Virus record (IMG/VR): IMGVR_UViG_3300018080_000003
Location: 32,001 to 96,000 of that record
Reading direction: 5' to 3' (one strand)
Length of the DNA: 64,000 nt
From: a virus
Shown in pieces: positions 1 through 8,930 of the stretch (position 1 is its first letter; each line of letters opens with the position of its first letter). The translations under genes were made by a program, and so were the position numbers. A model generated the notes under the pieces. That model searched no databases, was not told where the DNA came from, and saw nothing but the letters and a program-made list of their open reading frames with translations.

Positions 1-1
1 T

Positions 2-220
2 TCAGTCGTCTTGAAGCTTCTTCTCTTGTCTCTTGATTTTGCGCGCGAGCGCTTCGAGTCCGAGGGACATTGCGTTTCTGGCCACGGTCTCGATGGCAGG
101 AGCATCGACGCCTTCAGGAGTGAGCTTCATGAGCCGCTCTCTGAGTTCGTAGATGCTTCCCCAGTGTTCTTGGGTGAGACTGAGAAGGCGCCTTTTCTTA
201 GGTGAAGGTGTCTTGCTCAC
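2..220 (-). CDS. Small putative DNA-binding protein (ribbon-helix-helix-like)
   Basis: Probable GTG start at 220. KRRLLSL strand followed by two amphipathic helices. Operator-like motif immediately upstream. Confidence 0.4.
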   Translation of the reverse strand: MSKTPSPKKRRLLSLTQEHWGSIYELRERLMKLTPEGVDAPAIETVARNAMSLGLEALARKIKRQEKKLQDD

Positions 221-234
221 GTTACCGACGTTAC
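221..234. promoter_or_regulatory. GTWAC-N4-GTWAC operator-like site
   Basis: GTTAC-cgac-GTTAC between divergent genes. Confidence 0.55.
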
Positions 235-308
235 TTCCGTCACGTTTTGAACGCAAGGGCCAAGTGCGCCTGGTAGAAATTCTACGCTCGTTGTAGACTA
301 CCGGGGCT

Positions 309-983
309 ATGCGTTCGCTCCTGAAAGACCTCCGCTACCATGCTGCTCGTCGCCTGACTCTCTTTCTGGAGGGGGAAGAGGCGGAGCGTGATGACGCTGC
401 GTGGGCGAAGATGCACGAGGAGGAGCTTCGTGCTGTGGAGGCCGAGTCTCAGGCTATCGATGGCCAGCTGGTTCCTCGTGGTGAGGATGATGAGCCAGAG
501 TGGACGGAAGAGCAAGTGAGGGCTTTCGAGAAGGCCCTAGACGCTTCTGATCGAGCCTTGGATGACATTGGGGAGAAGCTGTTGGCTTTTGAGCAGGAGA
601 AGAGGTACACGGAGGCGGAGTTTCAGGCGGCGGTCAAGGACCTGAAGCGTAAGAACTCCGAGTACTTCGATGTGATCCGCTCTTTGGAGCGGGAACGGGA
701 CGACTGGCAGAAGCGGTTTCAGGTACATGTGAGCGGCCATCTGACGGCGCAGTCGATGTACGAAAGGGATTTGGTTCGCTCTCGGCAGGTAGGGGCGACG
801 CTGCTCAATAAGTTCAACGAGTACCGTGTTGAGAAGGGGGACGCTCCGATTGAGTTGCAGCGTCTCTCGGATATTCTGCCTGTGGATGGTGAGCCTGTGG
901 GTACTTTCAAGAAGCAGGTAGACGAGCACATCTCGCTCCTTCGGAGTCTGGATGAAGCGTTCAAGGCGTCTAGTCCCGAGTGA
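309..983 (+). CDS. Hypothetical coiled-coil protein
   Basis: 224 aa, charged helical composition, genome-typical codon usage. Confidence 0.7.
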   Translation: MRSLLKDLRYHAARRLTLFLEGEEAERDDAAWAKMHEEELRAVEAESQAIDGQLVPRGEDDEPEWTEEQVRAFEKALDASDRALDDIGEKLLAFEQEKRYTEAEFQAAVKDLKRKNSEYFDVIRSLERERDDWQKRFQVHVSGHLTAQSMYERDLVRSRQVGATLLNKFNEYRVEKGDAPIELQRLSDILPVDGEPVGTFKKQVDEHISLLRSLDEAFKASSPE

Positions 984-999
984 CGCCGTCGATTTATTC

Positions 1000-1028
1000 T
1001 TGACCCTTCTTACTTCTTTCCATACTCT
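1000..1028 (+). promoter_or_regulatory. Sigma70-like promoter of structural operon
   Basis: TTGACC-17 nt-TACTCT in an AT-rich intergenic stretch. Confidence 0.5.
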
Positions 1029-1106
1029 CATCCCTGAACTCAGGTCAGCTGGTTTCGAACACAGCGCGGTTTGACCCTGGAGTGCCTCGCCGGAGGTGCG
1101 TCCGAA

Positions 1107-3356
1107 GTGTCCCGCACGAAAGCTCTGACCCGACCCATCACTCGCAAGCAAGCGAGGTCGTACAACCGAACCGTCCCAAACGGTCGCGGTGTGACGGCAC
1201 TTGCTGAGGTGAACGGGAAAGGCGCTTACAAGCGGCGCTACCAGGCCACTCGCCGGCTCCTGAAGAACGGCAGCGGGAGTGACCAGATGTACACAGCGGC
1301 CCAAAAGCGCGCGATGAAGAAGATGAGCCCGGCTCAGCGCGCATCTTTCAAGAAGATGCTCAAGCGCGCGCCCTCGATCGCAACGCTTGAAAAGAAGCGG
1401 AAGGCCTCGGCGAAGCGCAAGGCCGCTCCCCAGCGGATGAAGTCGAACGGTCGACGAAAGTCGACGACCACGCGCTCAAAGATGACGCCGAACCGGCGCA
1501 AGACGCGCGCTGGGTCCACGGCTCCTCGGAAGTCGGATTTTATCGAGGCGCAGATTTCTCGTGGCCGCACCAAGAAGCAGGCCGAGTCTTCCTGGAAGCT
1601 CGCGCATGGCCGCCACTACAGCAAGACGGCCGCGAAGGGTGCTGCCAAGCGCAAGCGCCGTCGCGTCTACGGCAAGGGCAAGTACAAGGCTGTGAAGGCC
1701 CGGATTGGTCCCAAGAGCCGTTTCACCTACAAATACACCTCCAAGAGCCGGCGCAGCGGCAAGGAGTCCCTGCGGGACATTCCGGACCATGCGCTCCTCG
1801 GGTTCAAGACCCGCAAGGCCTATCTGGAGGTCGTCCGCGACATCGGCGAGTGGGGCCTCCCCCCCAAGCGCGCTCGGCGGGCGAAGGCGCTGGAGAAGCG
1901 CCTTGATCGTCTCGCAGCTCGAAGAGAGCGTGCTGCCGAGAGAGCCGCGAAGCGCATCAGGGCGGGTCGCGGCATGTTCACACCGAACGATGGGAGCAGC
2001 GCGCTCTCGTACGAGGAGTTCGAAGACATGAAGATGCGTCGAAACATCAGAAAGAAGTCGACCAAGAAGAAGGCGACTCGCAAGAAGACGACCGCGAAGC
2101 GGACTTCGTCGGCGAAGCGTCGTGCCGCGGCCAAGAAGGCTGCCGCGACCCGGAAGCGCAACGCGGCGAAGCGGAGCGCTGCGGCCAAGAAGGCGGCTCG
2201 GACCCGGAAGCGGAAGGCGACTGCCAAGAAGCGCACCACCAAGCGCACCACCAAGCGCACGACCAAGCGTCGCACCACGCGTCGCGTACGTCGGACTCGT
2301 GTCGGGCCGCGCAGCGCAGCGATGCGTCGTCGCAAGGGCAGCGTGAGCGTGAGCTACGCGGCCAACAAGCCGAAGCGTCGGAAGAAGGCCGCCAAGAAGC
2401 GCACGTACAAGAAGACCATCACGGTCGGTCGTCGTGGGCACAAGGTGCGCATTCGGTACCGCGCGAACCGCATGTTCAAGCGCAACGAGGGCTTCGTCAG
2501 CCAGCTGACCAAGAGCCTCAAGCTTGGCGCCGTGGTTCTCGGTGGCTACCTCACGCATCGCGTTTTGACTCGCGTCATCGACGACAACGTGACCAGCAAG
2601 ATCGGAGCGCTCAACGAGGGCACCCTCGGCAAGTACCGCACCCTCATCTCGGGCGCGGCGACTGCGGCCATCGGTATCCCCGCGGCCATCGCTGGTTCGC
2701 GCGCGGCCAAGATGCCCGATATCGCGGCTCCCATCGCAGGCGGCATGGCTGCCAGCCTCATTCAGTCGCTCATCGTGACCGTCCTGGGCGAGACCGCTCC
2801 TGAGTACGCCGGCTACTTCAGCAACTACGCGAACGCGGGTGGCACGGCCACTCCCGGCGGGGTTCTCGGCAGCTACTACACCCTTCCCCAGGCGGGCATG
2901 GGTTCGTACTACGAGTTCCAGCCCCATCAGATCATGCCGGCTGCCGGCATGGGCCAGCTCACCCAGGCTGCTGCGGGCATGGGCCAGCTCACTCAGGCTG
3001 CTGCGGGCATGGGCTCGCCGATGCTCACCCAGGCTGCTGCGGGCATGGGACAAGCGATGCTGACCCAGGCCGCTGCGGGCACCGGTGAGTACGTGGCTTA
3101 CGCCGCGAACGGCATTGGCGAGTACGAGGAGACTTCGGTTTCCGCGTCTCCCATGATGGTGGACGAGGGCATTCACCCGAACCTGCACAGCGCGGAGCAG
3201 GCTCTCACCGTGGCCGAGGCCGCGGCGGGCGTCGGCGCTGCCGACATCCCCCTCCAGTCGACCGTGGAGCCCACCGTCATCGCTGATCCGATCAGCGATG
3301 CGCCCAGTGGCTCGCGTGCCGGCGTCTTCCAAGGCGGCGACGGCATCTTTGCCTGA
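1107..3356 (+). CDS. Basic histone H1/protamine-like core protein with membrane segments and C-terminal AGMG repeats (possible polyprotein)
   Basis: GGAGGT SD 9 nt before GTG 1107. About 470 aa K/R-rich (AAKKAA, KRTT repeats), then about three hydrophobic helices, then LTQAAAGMG repeats. Confidence 0.8.
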   Translation: MSRTKALTRPITRKQARSYNRTVPNGRGVTALAEVNGKGAYKRRYQATRRLLKNGSGSDQMYTAAQKRAMKKMSPAQRASFKKMLKRAPSIATLEKKRKASAKRKAAPQRMKSNGRRKSTTTRSKMTPNRRKTRAGSTAPRKSDFIEAQISRGRTKKQAESSWKLAHGRHYSKTAAKGAAKRKRRRVYGKGKYKAVKARIGPKSRFTYKYTSKSRRSGKESLRDIPDHALLGFKTRKAYLEVVRDIGEWGLPPKRARRAKALEKRLDRLAARRERAAERAAKRIRAGRGMFTPNDGSSALSYEEFEDMKMRRNIRKKSTKKKATRKKTTAKRTSSAKRRAAAKKAAATRKRNAAKRSAAAKKAARTRKRKATAKKRTTKRTTKRTTKRRTTRRVRRTRVGPRSAAMRRRKGSVSVSYAANKPKRRKKAAKKRTYKKTITVGRRGHKVRIRYRANRMFKRNEGFVSQLTKSLKLGAVVLGGYLTHRVLTRVIDDNVTSKIGALNEGTLGKYRTLISGAATAAIGIPAAIAGSRAAKMPDIAAPIAGGMAASLIQSLIVTVLGETAPEYAGYFSNYANAGGTATPGGVLGSYYTLPQAGMGSYYEFQPHQIMPAAGMGQLTQAAAGMGQLTQAAAGMGSPMLTQAAAGMGQAMLTQAAAGTGEYVAYAANGIGEYEETSVSASPMMVDEGIHPNLHSAEQALTVAEAAAGVGAADIPLQSTVEPTVIADPISDAPSGSRAGVFQGGDGIFA
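2945..3080 (+). repeat. Tandem coding repeat LTQAAAG(M/T)G x4
   Basis: ctcacccaggctgctgcgggcatggg unit repeated with variation. Confidence 0.9.
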
Positions 3357-3364
3357 GCCCCACC

Positions 3365-3388
3365 GGGGCAGCCTTTCGGGGCTGCCCC
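3365..3388 (+). other. Stable UUCG-loop hairpin downstream of core gene
   Basis: ggggcagcct-ttcg-gggctgcccc, no U tract. Confidence 0.6.
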
Positions 3389-3512
3389 ATCGTCCAACCC
3401 AACAGATTCCACGGCTGAATTGGTCAGCCGTCGAAACATCAACCACAGAACTGCGGACCGAAGAGGAACCAGGCCTCTATAATCATGGAAGTCCGCTAAG
3501 GTATTGAGAAAA

Positions 3513-4268
3513 ATGGCCAAGTTGACCAACGTCCGTGAGCGTGTACATCAGCCCTTCCGGGACTCGCTCATCCGCACCTCCGGCTACAGCGCCGGCTCGC
3601 TCGACGACCGCACCGACCTGTTCACCCAGGCCGGCAAGTCCGACGGTGAGACCAACCTCAAGCAGGGCAGCGTGCTGCCCAGCGACCAGTCGATGGTCGT
3701 CCTCGCGCTTCGCGCCTTCCTCTGGTTCCGCGCTCCGGTCGCCCGTTCGGCCGCGACGCTCGGCGCCAGCACTGGCGTGAACGGTGACTACTTCATCACC
3801 GCTGGCAACGAGGCCGCCGCCGTGAACCTGCTCAACGGCAGCGTTCCCGGCGACTACCACGACGTGCACCGCCTCTACTGGCAGGCCTCGGAGCAGCTGC
3901 TCTGGAGCTTCGGTGCTGGAGACAAGTTCTCCCTCACCAGCATGCCGTCCAGCTACTTCCCCTGGGGTGGTGGTCTGAGCGGCGACGTGGGCGGCGCGAC
4001 CGACCTCGTGCACTGGAACAACGGCACCCCCGACCAGGCTGGCATCCTCCGCCTGGCCCGTGCCGTGCTCATCCCCCCGCGCCAGAACATCCGTACCGCG
4101 GCCACGATCGTCCGTCTCCCCGACGGCGGCAACGGTTCGGTTCCTTTCGGCGTCAACCAGGGCTCGCGCAACATGCTGAGCCTCCAGGACAACCTGAACG
4201 CGGTCGACCTTGTCAACAAGGTCATCGCCTTCTCGTTCGACGGCCTCTTCAGCCGCGACGTCCAGTGA
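3513..4268 (+). CDS. Putative major capsid protein (single jelly-roll inferred)
   Basis: 251 aa, beta-rich, strongly biased codons, own intergenic region and terminator. QPFRDSL..LF..TNL..G.LP pattern and terminal FSFDG strand. Confidence 0.55.
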   Translation: MAKLTNVRERVHQPFRDSLIRTSGYSAGSLDDRTDLFTQAGKSDGETNLKQGSVLPSDQSMVVLALRAFLWFRAPVARSAATLGASTGVNGDYFITAGNEAAAVNLLNGSVPGDYHDVHRLYWQASEQLLWSFGAGDKFSLTSMPSSYFPWGGGLSGDVGGATDLVHWNNGTPDQAGILRLARAVLIPPRQNIRTAATIVRLPDGGNGSVPFGVNQGSRNMLSLQDNLNAVDLVNKVIAFSFDGLFSRDVQ

Positions 4269-4304
4269 AAACCGGCGGCCTACAGAAGGTCGCCCGGTGA
4301 TTTG

Positions 4305-4345
4305 AGGGCCGGCTCAGCGCGGGGCTGGGTCGGCCCTTTCTTCTT
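4305..4345 (+). terminator. Intrinsic terminator after putative MCP
   Basis: agggccggctcagc..gctgggtcggccct stem followed by ttcttct. Confidence 0.6.
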
Positions 4346-4407
4346 CCCCGATGAAGATGTCATCCCGAGTTCTGACGCGGCTGCGGGATTGAAAGGAGCG
4401 TCACACA

Positions 4408-5550
4408 ATGGATCCTCGAATCAAAGCAATTCAGCAGCAGGCCTACGAGCAGGGGCTCCTTCAGGGGCAGCAGCAGGCTCGACTGAACGACATGGGTCTT
4501 CAGCAGGCTGCGACCGAGCTTCGCAAGGAGTTCGACGCCAAGATGAACCGGATGGCAGGTGGCCTCCGGAAGCAGATGACGGATCACAGCGCCTCGGTGC
4601 ACGAGAAGCTGGGTCAGATCCAAGCTGCAGCTGACAGCATCTCCATCACCGGCGGCGGAGAGGTCGGCTACAACATGCGGGATGAGGGCAACCTGGTTCG
4701 CCCCGGAAACACCCGCATCGAAGACATTCCAGGTCGGCGTGTTCCCTACGTCTACTCGGTGGACATCTTCATCGAAAACAACACCACGAGCGTTCGTGAG
4801 GCGAGCTTGACGATCAGTCAGGAGGGCCCGTTCGTCGCGGTGAAGCGGATGGCTATCTTTCAGAGTGCCTACGAGTTCCAAGCGACGGACCCAGCTTCGG
4901 GTAACTTGGCTCGCTTCGCAGGCCGTTCGTACGGCCGGTACCGTCCGATTCACTCGGCCTGGGACCTTTTGGATGCGCAAAGCAACGCCGTGACGGACAG
5001 CAACGGTTGGTGGGTTCAGCAGAAGGCTGAAGCGGCTTCAGCTGGCGTGGGCAACCCGGTTGCAACGGCTGCGCTGAGCCTTCCGAGCAACAGCAGCAGC
5101 TTCCGCACGATGGAGTTCGATGGTCGCATCGAGGTCATCAACGCGGGCAGCAGCTACCCGCGCCAGAACAAGGAGATCCCTTCGGCGTTCTGGAGCAGCT
5201 CGATCAACTCTCCTTGGGACCTCGGTGCCCTGGACTTCTTCGAGCGTGGCGAGGTTGTCACCTTCAAGGTGAATCCGACGCACGTGAACAATCCGCCCGC
5301 GGGGAACATCCAGAGCGACTGCGTTCTTCCGAATACCTTCAACGGTGGCGATGGCTGGCCCTTCTTGGAAGGCCAGTACGACCTTCACGAAGGCATCTGC
5401 ACCCCTGAGGGCGCGACCATCGGCGAGTTGGCCGCTCCTCAGCGTGTGAACGTGGTCGCAACGGACCCCATCCAGCGCCTTCCGGATGGTATCCTCACGT
5501 TGGCCTTCGAGGGCTATCGGATCATCCAGCCCATCGGTCCGGCCGCCTGA
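4408..5550 (+). CDS. Putative capsid/penton-like protein with N-terminal coiled coil
   Basis: AAAGGAG SD. Helical Q-rich N-terminus then a beta-rich domain ending LAFEGY. Confidence 0.5.
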   Translation: MDPRIKAIQQQAYEQGLLQGQQQARLNDMGLQQAATELRKEFDAKMNRMAGGLRKQMTDHSASVHEKLGQIQAAADSISITGGGEVGYNMRDEGNLVRPGNTRIEDIPGRRVPYVYSVDIFIENNTTSVREASLTISQEGPFVAVKRMAIFQSAYEFQATDPASGNLARFAGRSYGRYRPIHSAWDLLDAQSNAVTDSNGWWVQQKAEAASAGVGNPVATAALSLPSNSSSFRTMEFDGRIEVINAGSSYPRQNKEIPSAFWSSSINSPWDLGALDFFERGEVVTFKVNPTHVNNPPAGNIQSDCVLPNTFNGGDGWPFLEGQYDLHEGICTPEGATIGELAAPQRVNVVATDPIQRLPDGILTLAFEGYRIIQPIGPAA

Positions 5551-5560
5551 GGAGTGAAGT

Positions 5561-6460
5561 ATGGCGCATCGACGCAGAAAAAAGTCGCCCAATCTCGGTA
5601 CTGTGCCGGGTCAGGTGGTTCCGATCTCAAACGGGGGTCATCAGCTCGTTTCCAAGGGCGCAGCTCAGACCCTTCTGCGTGGTGAGATTGCGCGTGCGCT
5701 GCAGGACAAGGACGACTACCTCAGCACTTTCGAGGGACAGCAGGCTGGTGTTCCAGGAATGGGCTCGGCGCCTGAGGTTCGGCATGAGCCGGCTGGCGGC
5801 GTCTTCACCAAGTTCCTTCACCCGGCTTTCACCATCATGGAGTTCCTCCGGCGCTCGTTGCCGGAGGAGGGCTGGTTCGACCCGGGCGTGAACCCCCGCA
5901 ACCCGATCCAGTTCCAGCTTGGAAGCTTTCAGGTTCCAAGCGGTCTGGCCCTCTGGCTCTACGACTACGAGTACAAAGTTTTCCGTCCTTCTGGGGTAGA
6001 CCCGGGAGACTTCATCCCGGCTGAGGTCGGTCGCTACAGCAATCAGATCGGTTTCGATGTGACGCTGAGCGGTAAGAGAGACGCGCAGCTCAGCATTCAG
6101 CTCGACCCTCAGACGACGAGTCTTTCTCGTCAGGAGTTCGAGCAGCAGGGCAACACGGGTGGTGCAAGCATCTTCGGCAATCCTCCGACGGCATCTAGCG
6201 CGTTTGATCGCGCCACGGCGAACTCTTTCGCTTCGACGGCCGGGCCGGGAACGTCGCTTTTGCCCAACCGTCCGAACAAGTTTGGTCCTCGGGGCGGCCC
6301 GTGGACTCTGGTGGCAGACGAGGGCACGCGTGTCGCGCTCAACGTCGTCATCTTCAACCGTATTCGTTCTCCCTTGGCGGCCGTAGAGGGTCGCTTGGGC
6401 GGGTACTTGATTCAGCGGCAGGTGAGCAGTTCGCTCATCAACCGTGTCCGTCCGCGATGA
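5561..6460 (+). CDS. Putative minor capsid protein (beta-rich)
   Basis: GAGGAG SD. LGSFQVPSG strand pattern, VPGMG motif, terminal RLGGY strand. Confidence 0.5.
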   Translation: MAHRRRKKSPNLGTVPGQVVPISNGGHQLVSKGAAQTLLRGEIARALQDKDDYLSTFEGQQAGVPGMGSAPEVRHEPAGGVFTKFLHPAFTIMEFLRRSLPEEGWFDPGVNPRNPIQFQLGSFQVPSGLALWLYDYEYKVFRPSGVDPGDFIPAEVGRYSNQIGFDVTLSGKRDAQLSIQLDPQTTSLSRQEFEQQGNTGGASIFGNPPTASSAFDRATANSFASTAGPGTSLLPNRPNKFGPRGGPWTLVADEGTRVALNVVIFNRIRSPLAAVEGRLGGYLIQRQVSSSLINRVRPR

Positions 6461-6466
6461 TCAGGA

Positions 6467-6573
6467 GGCGAGAGGCAGAGCAGACAGTCGGAGTAGAAAC
6501 AGTGGGGACGCAACCGCGAATGTGTTGTGCCCTCCAGCCGCTGGGGCTTCGGCTGTCTGCTCTGCTTCTCGCC
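6467..6573 (+). ncRNA. 107-nt rod-shaped RNA hairpin
   Basis: 27-bp closing stem whose three mismatches are all G-U on the + strand. Inner helices also pair. Confidence 0.6.
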
Positions 6574-6584
6574 ATCGTTTGACC

Positions 6585-7253
6585 ATGTACACCTCTGTAG
6601 GACAGCTATCCGGATACGGACCTTGGGGCCGCAATGTTGCGGAGACCGATGAGGTGTACGTGTGGCGCGGTATGTTTGATGGTGCGCAGATCCTCACGCA
6701 GCAGGACCTGCAGGCCATCGTTGCAAGTGTCGGGAAGAACCAGAGTCTGGACTTCGACATCCGCGGCGTAACGGTCAAGCCTCTGGGTGGCAGGAATAAC
6801 AAGGTTGAGGTGGCCTTCACCACGAAGATCCCTCGTATTTACGCGCTCGACCCCGACTTCATCACGGATAGCGCTTCCAGCATTGCTCGGAAGCTAGAAG
6901 CTGACCTCGCGTCTCGCTTCGGACCGTTCCGTGTCGAGGATCCGAAGTTCCTCGCGATCGATGACGATGAGCCGAAGCATCCCGCCTTGGACTTCTGGCT
7001 GTCGCACGCGACCCTCTGGGATCAGCCTCTCATCGGAGATGCGATCCCCACCCAGGCCTGGGAGAAGTTCCAGGGCATGTACAAAGGATCTGTCGATCAG
7101 GGAATTGCCCTGAAGAAGTGGCAGAACCCCTCCGACCCGAGCTCGGGCAATGGAGACACTGAGAAAGACCATACCATCTTGTGGGCCATCGGCGGCGCAG
7201 CCGTGCTGCTTGGAGGCTTCTACTTGATGCGAAAAGGAGCAGCAAAAAGATGA
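6585..7253 (+). CDS. Tail-anchored membrane protein 1
   Basis: Starts MYTSVGQLSGYG. C-terminal TM plus RKGAAKR, no signal peptide. Confidence 0.8.
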   Translation: MYTSVGQLSGYGPWGRNVAETDEVYVWRGMFDGAQILTQQDLQAIVASVGKNQSLDFDIRGVTVKPLGGRNNKVEVAFTTKIPRIYALDPDFITDSASSIARKLEADLASRFGPFRVEDPKFLAIDDDEPKHPALDFWLSHATLWDQPLIGDAIPTQAWEKFQGMYKGSVDQGIALKKWQNPSDPSSGNGDTEKDHTILWAIGGAAVLLGGFYLMRKGAAKR

Positions 7254-7843
7254 GTTACGGTGGAGTTGGTTCGTACTACACCCTTCCTGGCATGGGTTCG
7301 TACTACACCCTTCCTGGCATGTCCGGGTTTGGCTCGACGGCCGACACCTTCGATGCCGCGGCGGTGTGGGCAGACGTGCAGCTTGGCGGCTCGTGCTACG
7401 GCGCGCAGGGCGTCATCAAGGGCTCGAACGTCGGCGCGTGCAACGCGGCTGGTGGTCGTGCGGCTCGCGCGATCCAAGCGGCGCTCAACGAGATGGGCTA
7501 CGGCCCGCTGGCCGTGACGGGCAAGTGGGACGGCGCGGTCTCGGGCAAGTGGAAGCGTTTCCTCTCGGATCACGGCCTTCAGCCGGGACCGGGCCTCGGT
7601 GTCTCCGAGCAGGGCCTTCTCCTGATGGAGAAGCTCCTGAAGGAAGGCAAGACCCCCGGGCCCAACAAGCCCATCGTCTACGACAAGCAGGGCGACCAGT
7701 ACATCCCGCGTGATGCCGGACCCGGCACCGCGACCGCGGGCATGGGCGCTGGTGGTCTACTCCTCGGCGTTCTCGTCATCGGTGGACTCGGCTACGCGGC
7801 CTACCAGAGCGGCAAGAAGCGGAAGGGTCGACGCGTCCGATGA
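7250..7843 (+). CDS. Tail-anchored membrane protein 2, peptidoglycan-binding-like domain
   Basis: GSYYTLPGM x2 then MSGFG. IQAALNEMGYGPLAVTG resembles PG_binding_1. TM plus KKRKGRR. Confidence 0.75.
   Translation: MSYGGVGSYYTLPGMGSYYTLPGMSGFGSTADTFDAAAVWADVQLGGSCYGAQGVIKGSNVGACNAAGGRAARAIQAALNEMGYGPLAVTGKWDGAVSGKWKRFLSDHGLQPGPGLGVSEQGLLLMEKLLKEGKTPGPNKPIVYDKQGDQYIPRDAGPGTATAGMGAGGLLLGVLVIGGLGYAAYQSGKKRKGRRVR
7268..7321 (+). repeat. 27-bp perfect tandem duplication
   Basis: ggttcgtactacacccttcctggcatg x2. Related sequence at about 2870-2910. Confidence 0.9.
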
Positions 7844-8088
7844 TCGATCCCTCCCAGGTCGACTACGCAGCGGTAGCCAACGTCGCGCAGAACGGGTCGC
7901 CGTTGCTGCTCTCGGCGCTCGGTCGTCTGTACGGCATCGGCCCCCAGGAGCGTCATGCGCTCGGGGCTGACGGCACCGGCGTGCCGACCTGGACGTGGGC
8001 TGCTTTGGCCTTTGTCACTGGGTACGTGGTCGGCGTCAGGGTCTACAAGGCCTACCCTGGCTACGTGCCAAAGATCATCAGCGGGTGA
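7840..8088 (+). CDS. Small membrane protein 3
   Basis: 82 aa, LYGIG motif, C-proximal TM. Confidence 0.75.
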   Translation: MIDPSQVDYAAVANVAQNGSPLLLSALGRLYGIGPQERHALGADGTGVPTWTWAALAFVTGYVVGVRVYKAYPGYVPKIISG

Positions 8089-8092
8089 ATCT

Positions 8093-8341
8093 ATGCACTT
8101 TGGAATCGACACGCCGGCTTCCGGCACATCTGAGATCGCAAGACAAGGACTTCGAGATGGGATTTACACCCTCGGAGAGACCATGTCCGGGCTTGGCCTG
8201 GAGTACCAGGAGTCTGGAGGCAGGTACATGCTTGCGACGACCAAACACTTCGAGGGTGAAAAGACGAAGTCTTTGGTGATTGGCGTTGGAGCTGGTGCTG
8301 CAGCAGCTCTGCTCATGGGTTTCTTTATCTTCCGGAAGTAG
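8093..8341 (+). CDS. Tail-anchored membrane protein 4
   Basis: MSGLG motif. TM plus RK. Confidence 0.75.
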   Translation: MHFGIDTPASGTSEIARQGLRDGIYTLGETMSGLGLEYQESGGRYMLATTKHFEGEKTKSLVIGVGAGAAAALLMGFFIFRK

Positions 8342-8348
8342 GCTCGTC

Positions 8349-8903
8349 ATGTACGCAGGACTCGGCAACATCCAGGTACCGACGCCCATCCCGGGCAACA
8401 TCAACCGCGTCGCGACGGTGCGGGCGACTGGCTACAACTACTGCGGCGACCTTCGCGGGTTGCAGCAGATGTTGGCTGAGCTGGGCTGGTACCAGGGCGC
8501 GGTCGACAACCAGTTCGGTCCTGCGACTCGAAAGGCGGCGGAGGCTGCCGCTCGTGAGTACGGTGTTCCTTTCACCAAGGGTGGCACCATCAACAACGAT
8601 TTCTGCCAGGCGGTGATGGATGCTTGGAAAGCGCAGAACGCTCCCAATCCCTCCCCCGCTCCGGCACCCAAGCGTCCGTCCTCTTCTTCTCCAGCAGGCC
8701 CGGCCCCCTCACCATCGTCCAAGCCTGCCGCGTCTCCTTCCGGCAAGCCGGCGTCACCCCCTCGTCAGGGCGGTGGTGAGGGGATCACCGGCTGGTGGAG
8801 TAGTCAAGAGAAGAGCACACAGATCGCCATCGGCCTCGGAGCTGTGGGGATTGTCGGACTGGGGGTCTACCTTCTAGCCACCCCCAAGAGACGTCGAGTT
8901 TGA
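8349..8903 (+). CDS. Tail-anchored protein 5 with peptidoglycan-binding domain
   Basis: Starts MYAGLG. LQQMLAELGWYQGAVDNQFGPATRKA fits PG_binding_1. P/S-rich linker, TM plus KRRR. Confidence 0.8.
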   Translation: MYAGLGNIQVPTPIPGNINRVATVRATGYNYCGDLRGLQQMLAELGWYQGAVDNQFGPATRKAAEAAAREYGVPFTKGGTINNDFCQAVMDAWKAQNAPNPSPAPAPKRPSSSSPAGPAPSPSSKPAASPSGKPASPPRQGGGEGITGWWSSQEKSTQIAIGLGAVGIVGLGVYLLATPKRRRV

Positions 8904-8930
8904 TGCCCACCGAGGCATAGGAGAAAAGAA

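Noticed and set aside
1107-2490. Eukaryotic histone H1 contamination
   Set aside because: No globular H15 domain; bacterial SD, promoter and operon context.
1476-3446. Long minus-strand ORF (656 aa) and similar antisense ORFs such as 10670-12265, 17546-18637 and 50039-51178
   Set aside because: Shadow frames of GC-rich genes with strong codon bias; no motifs or RBS.
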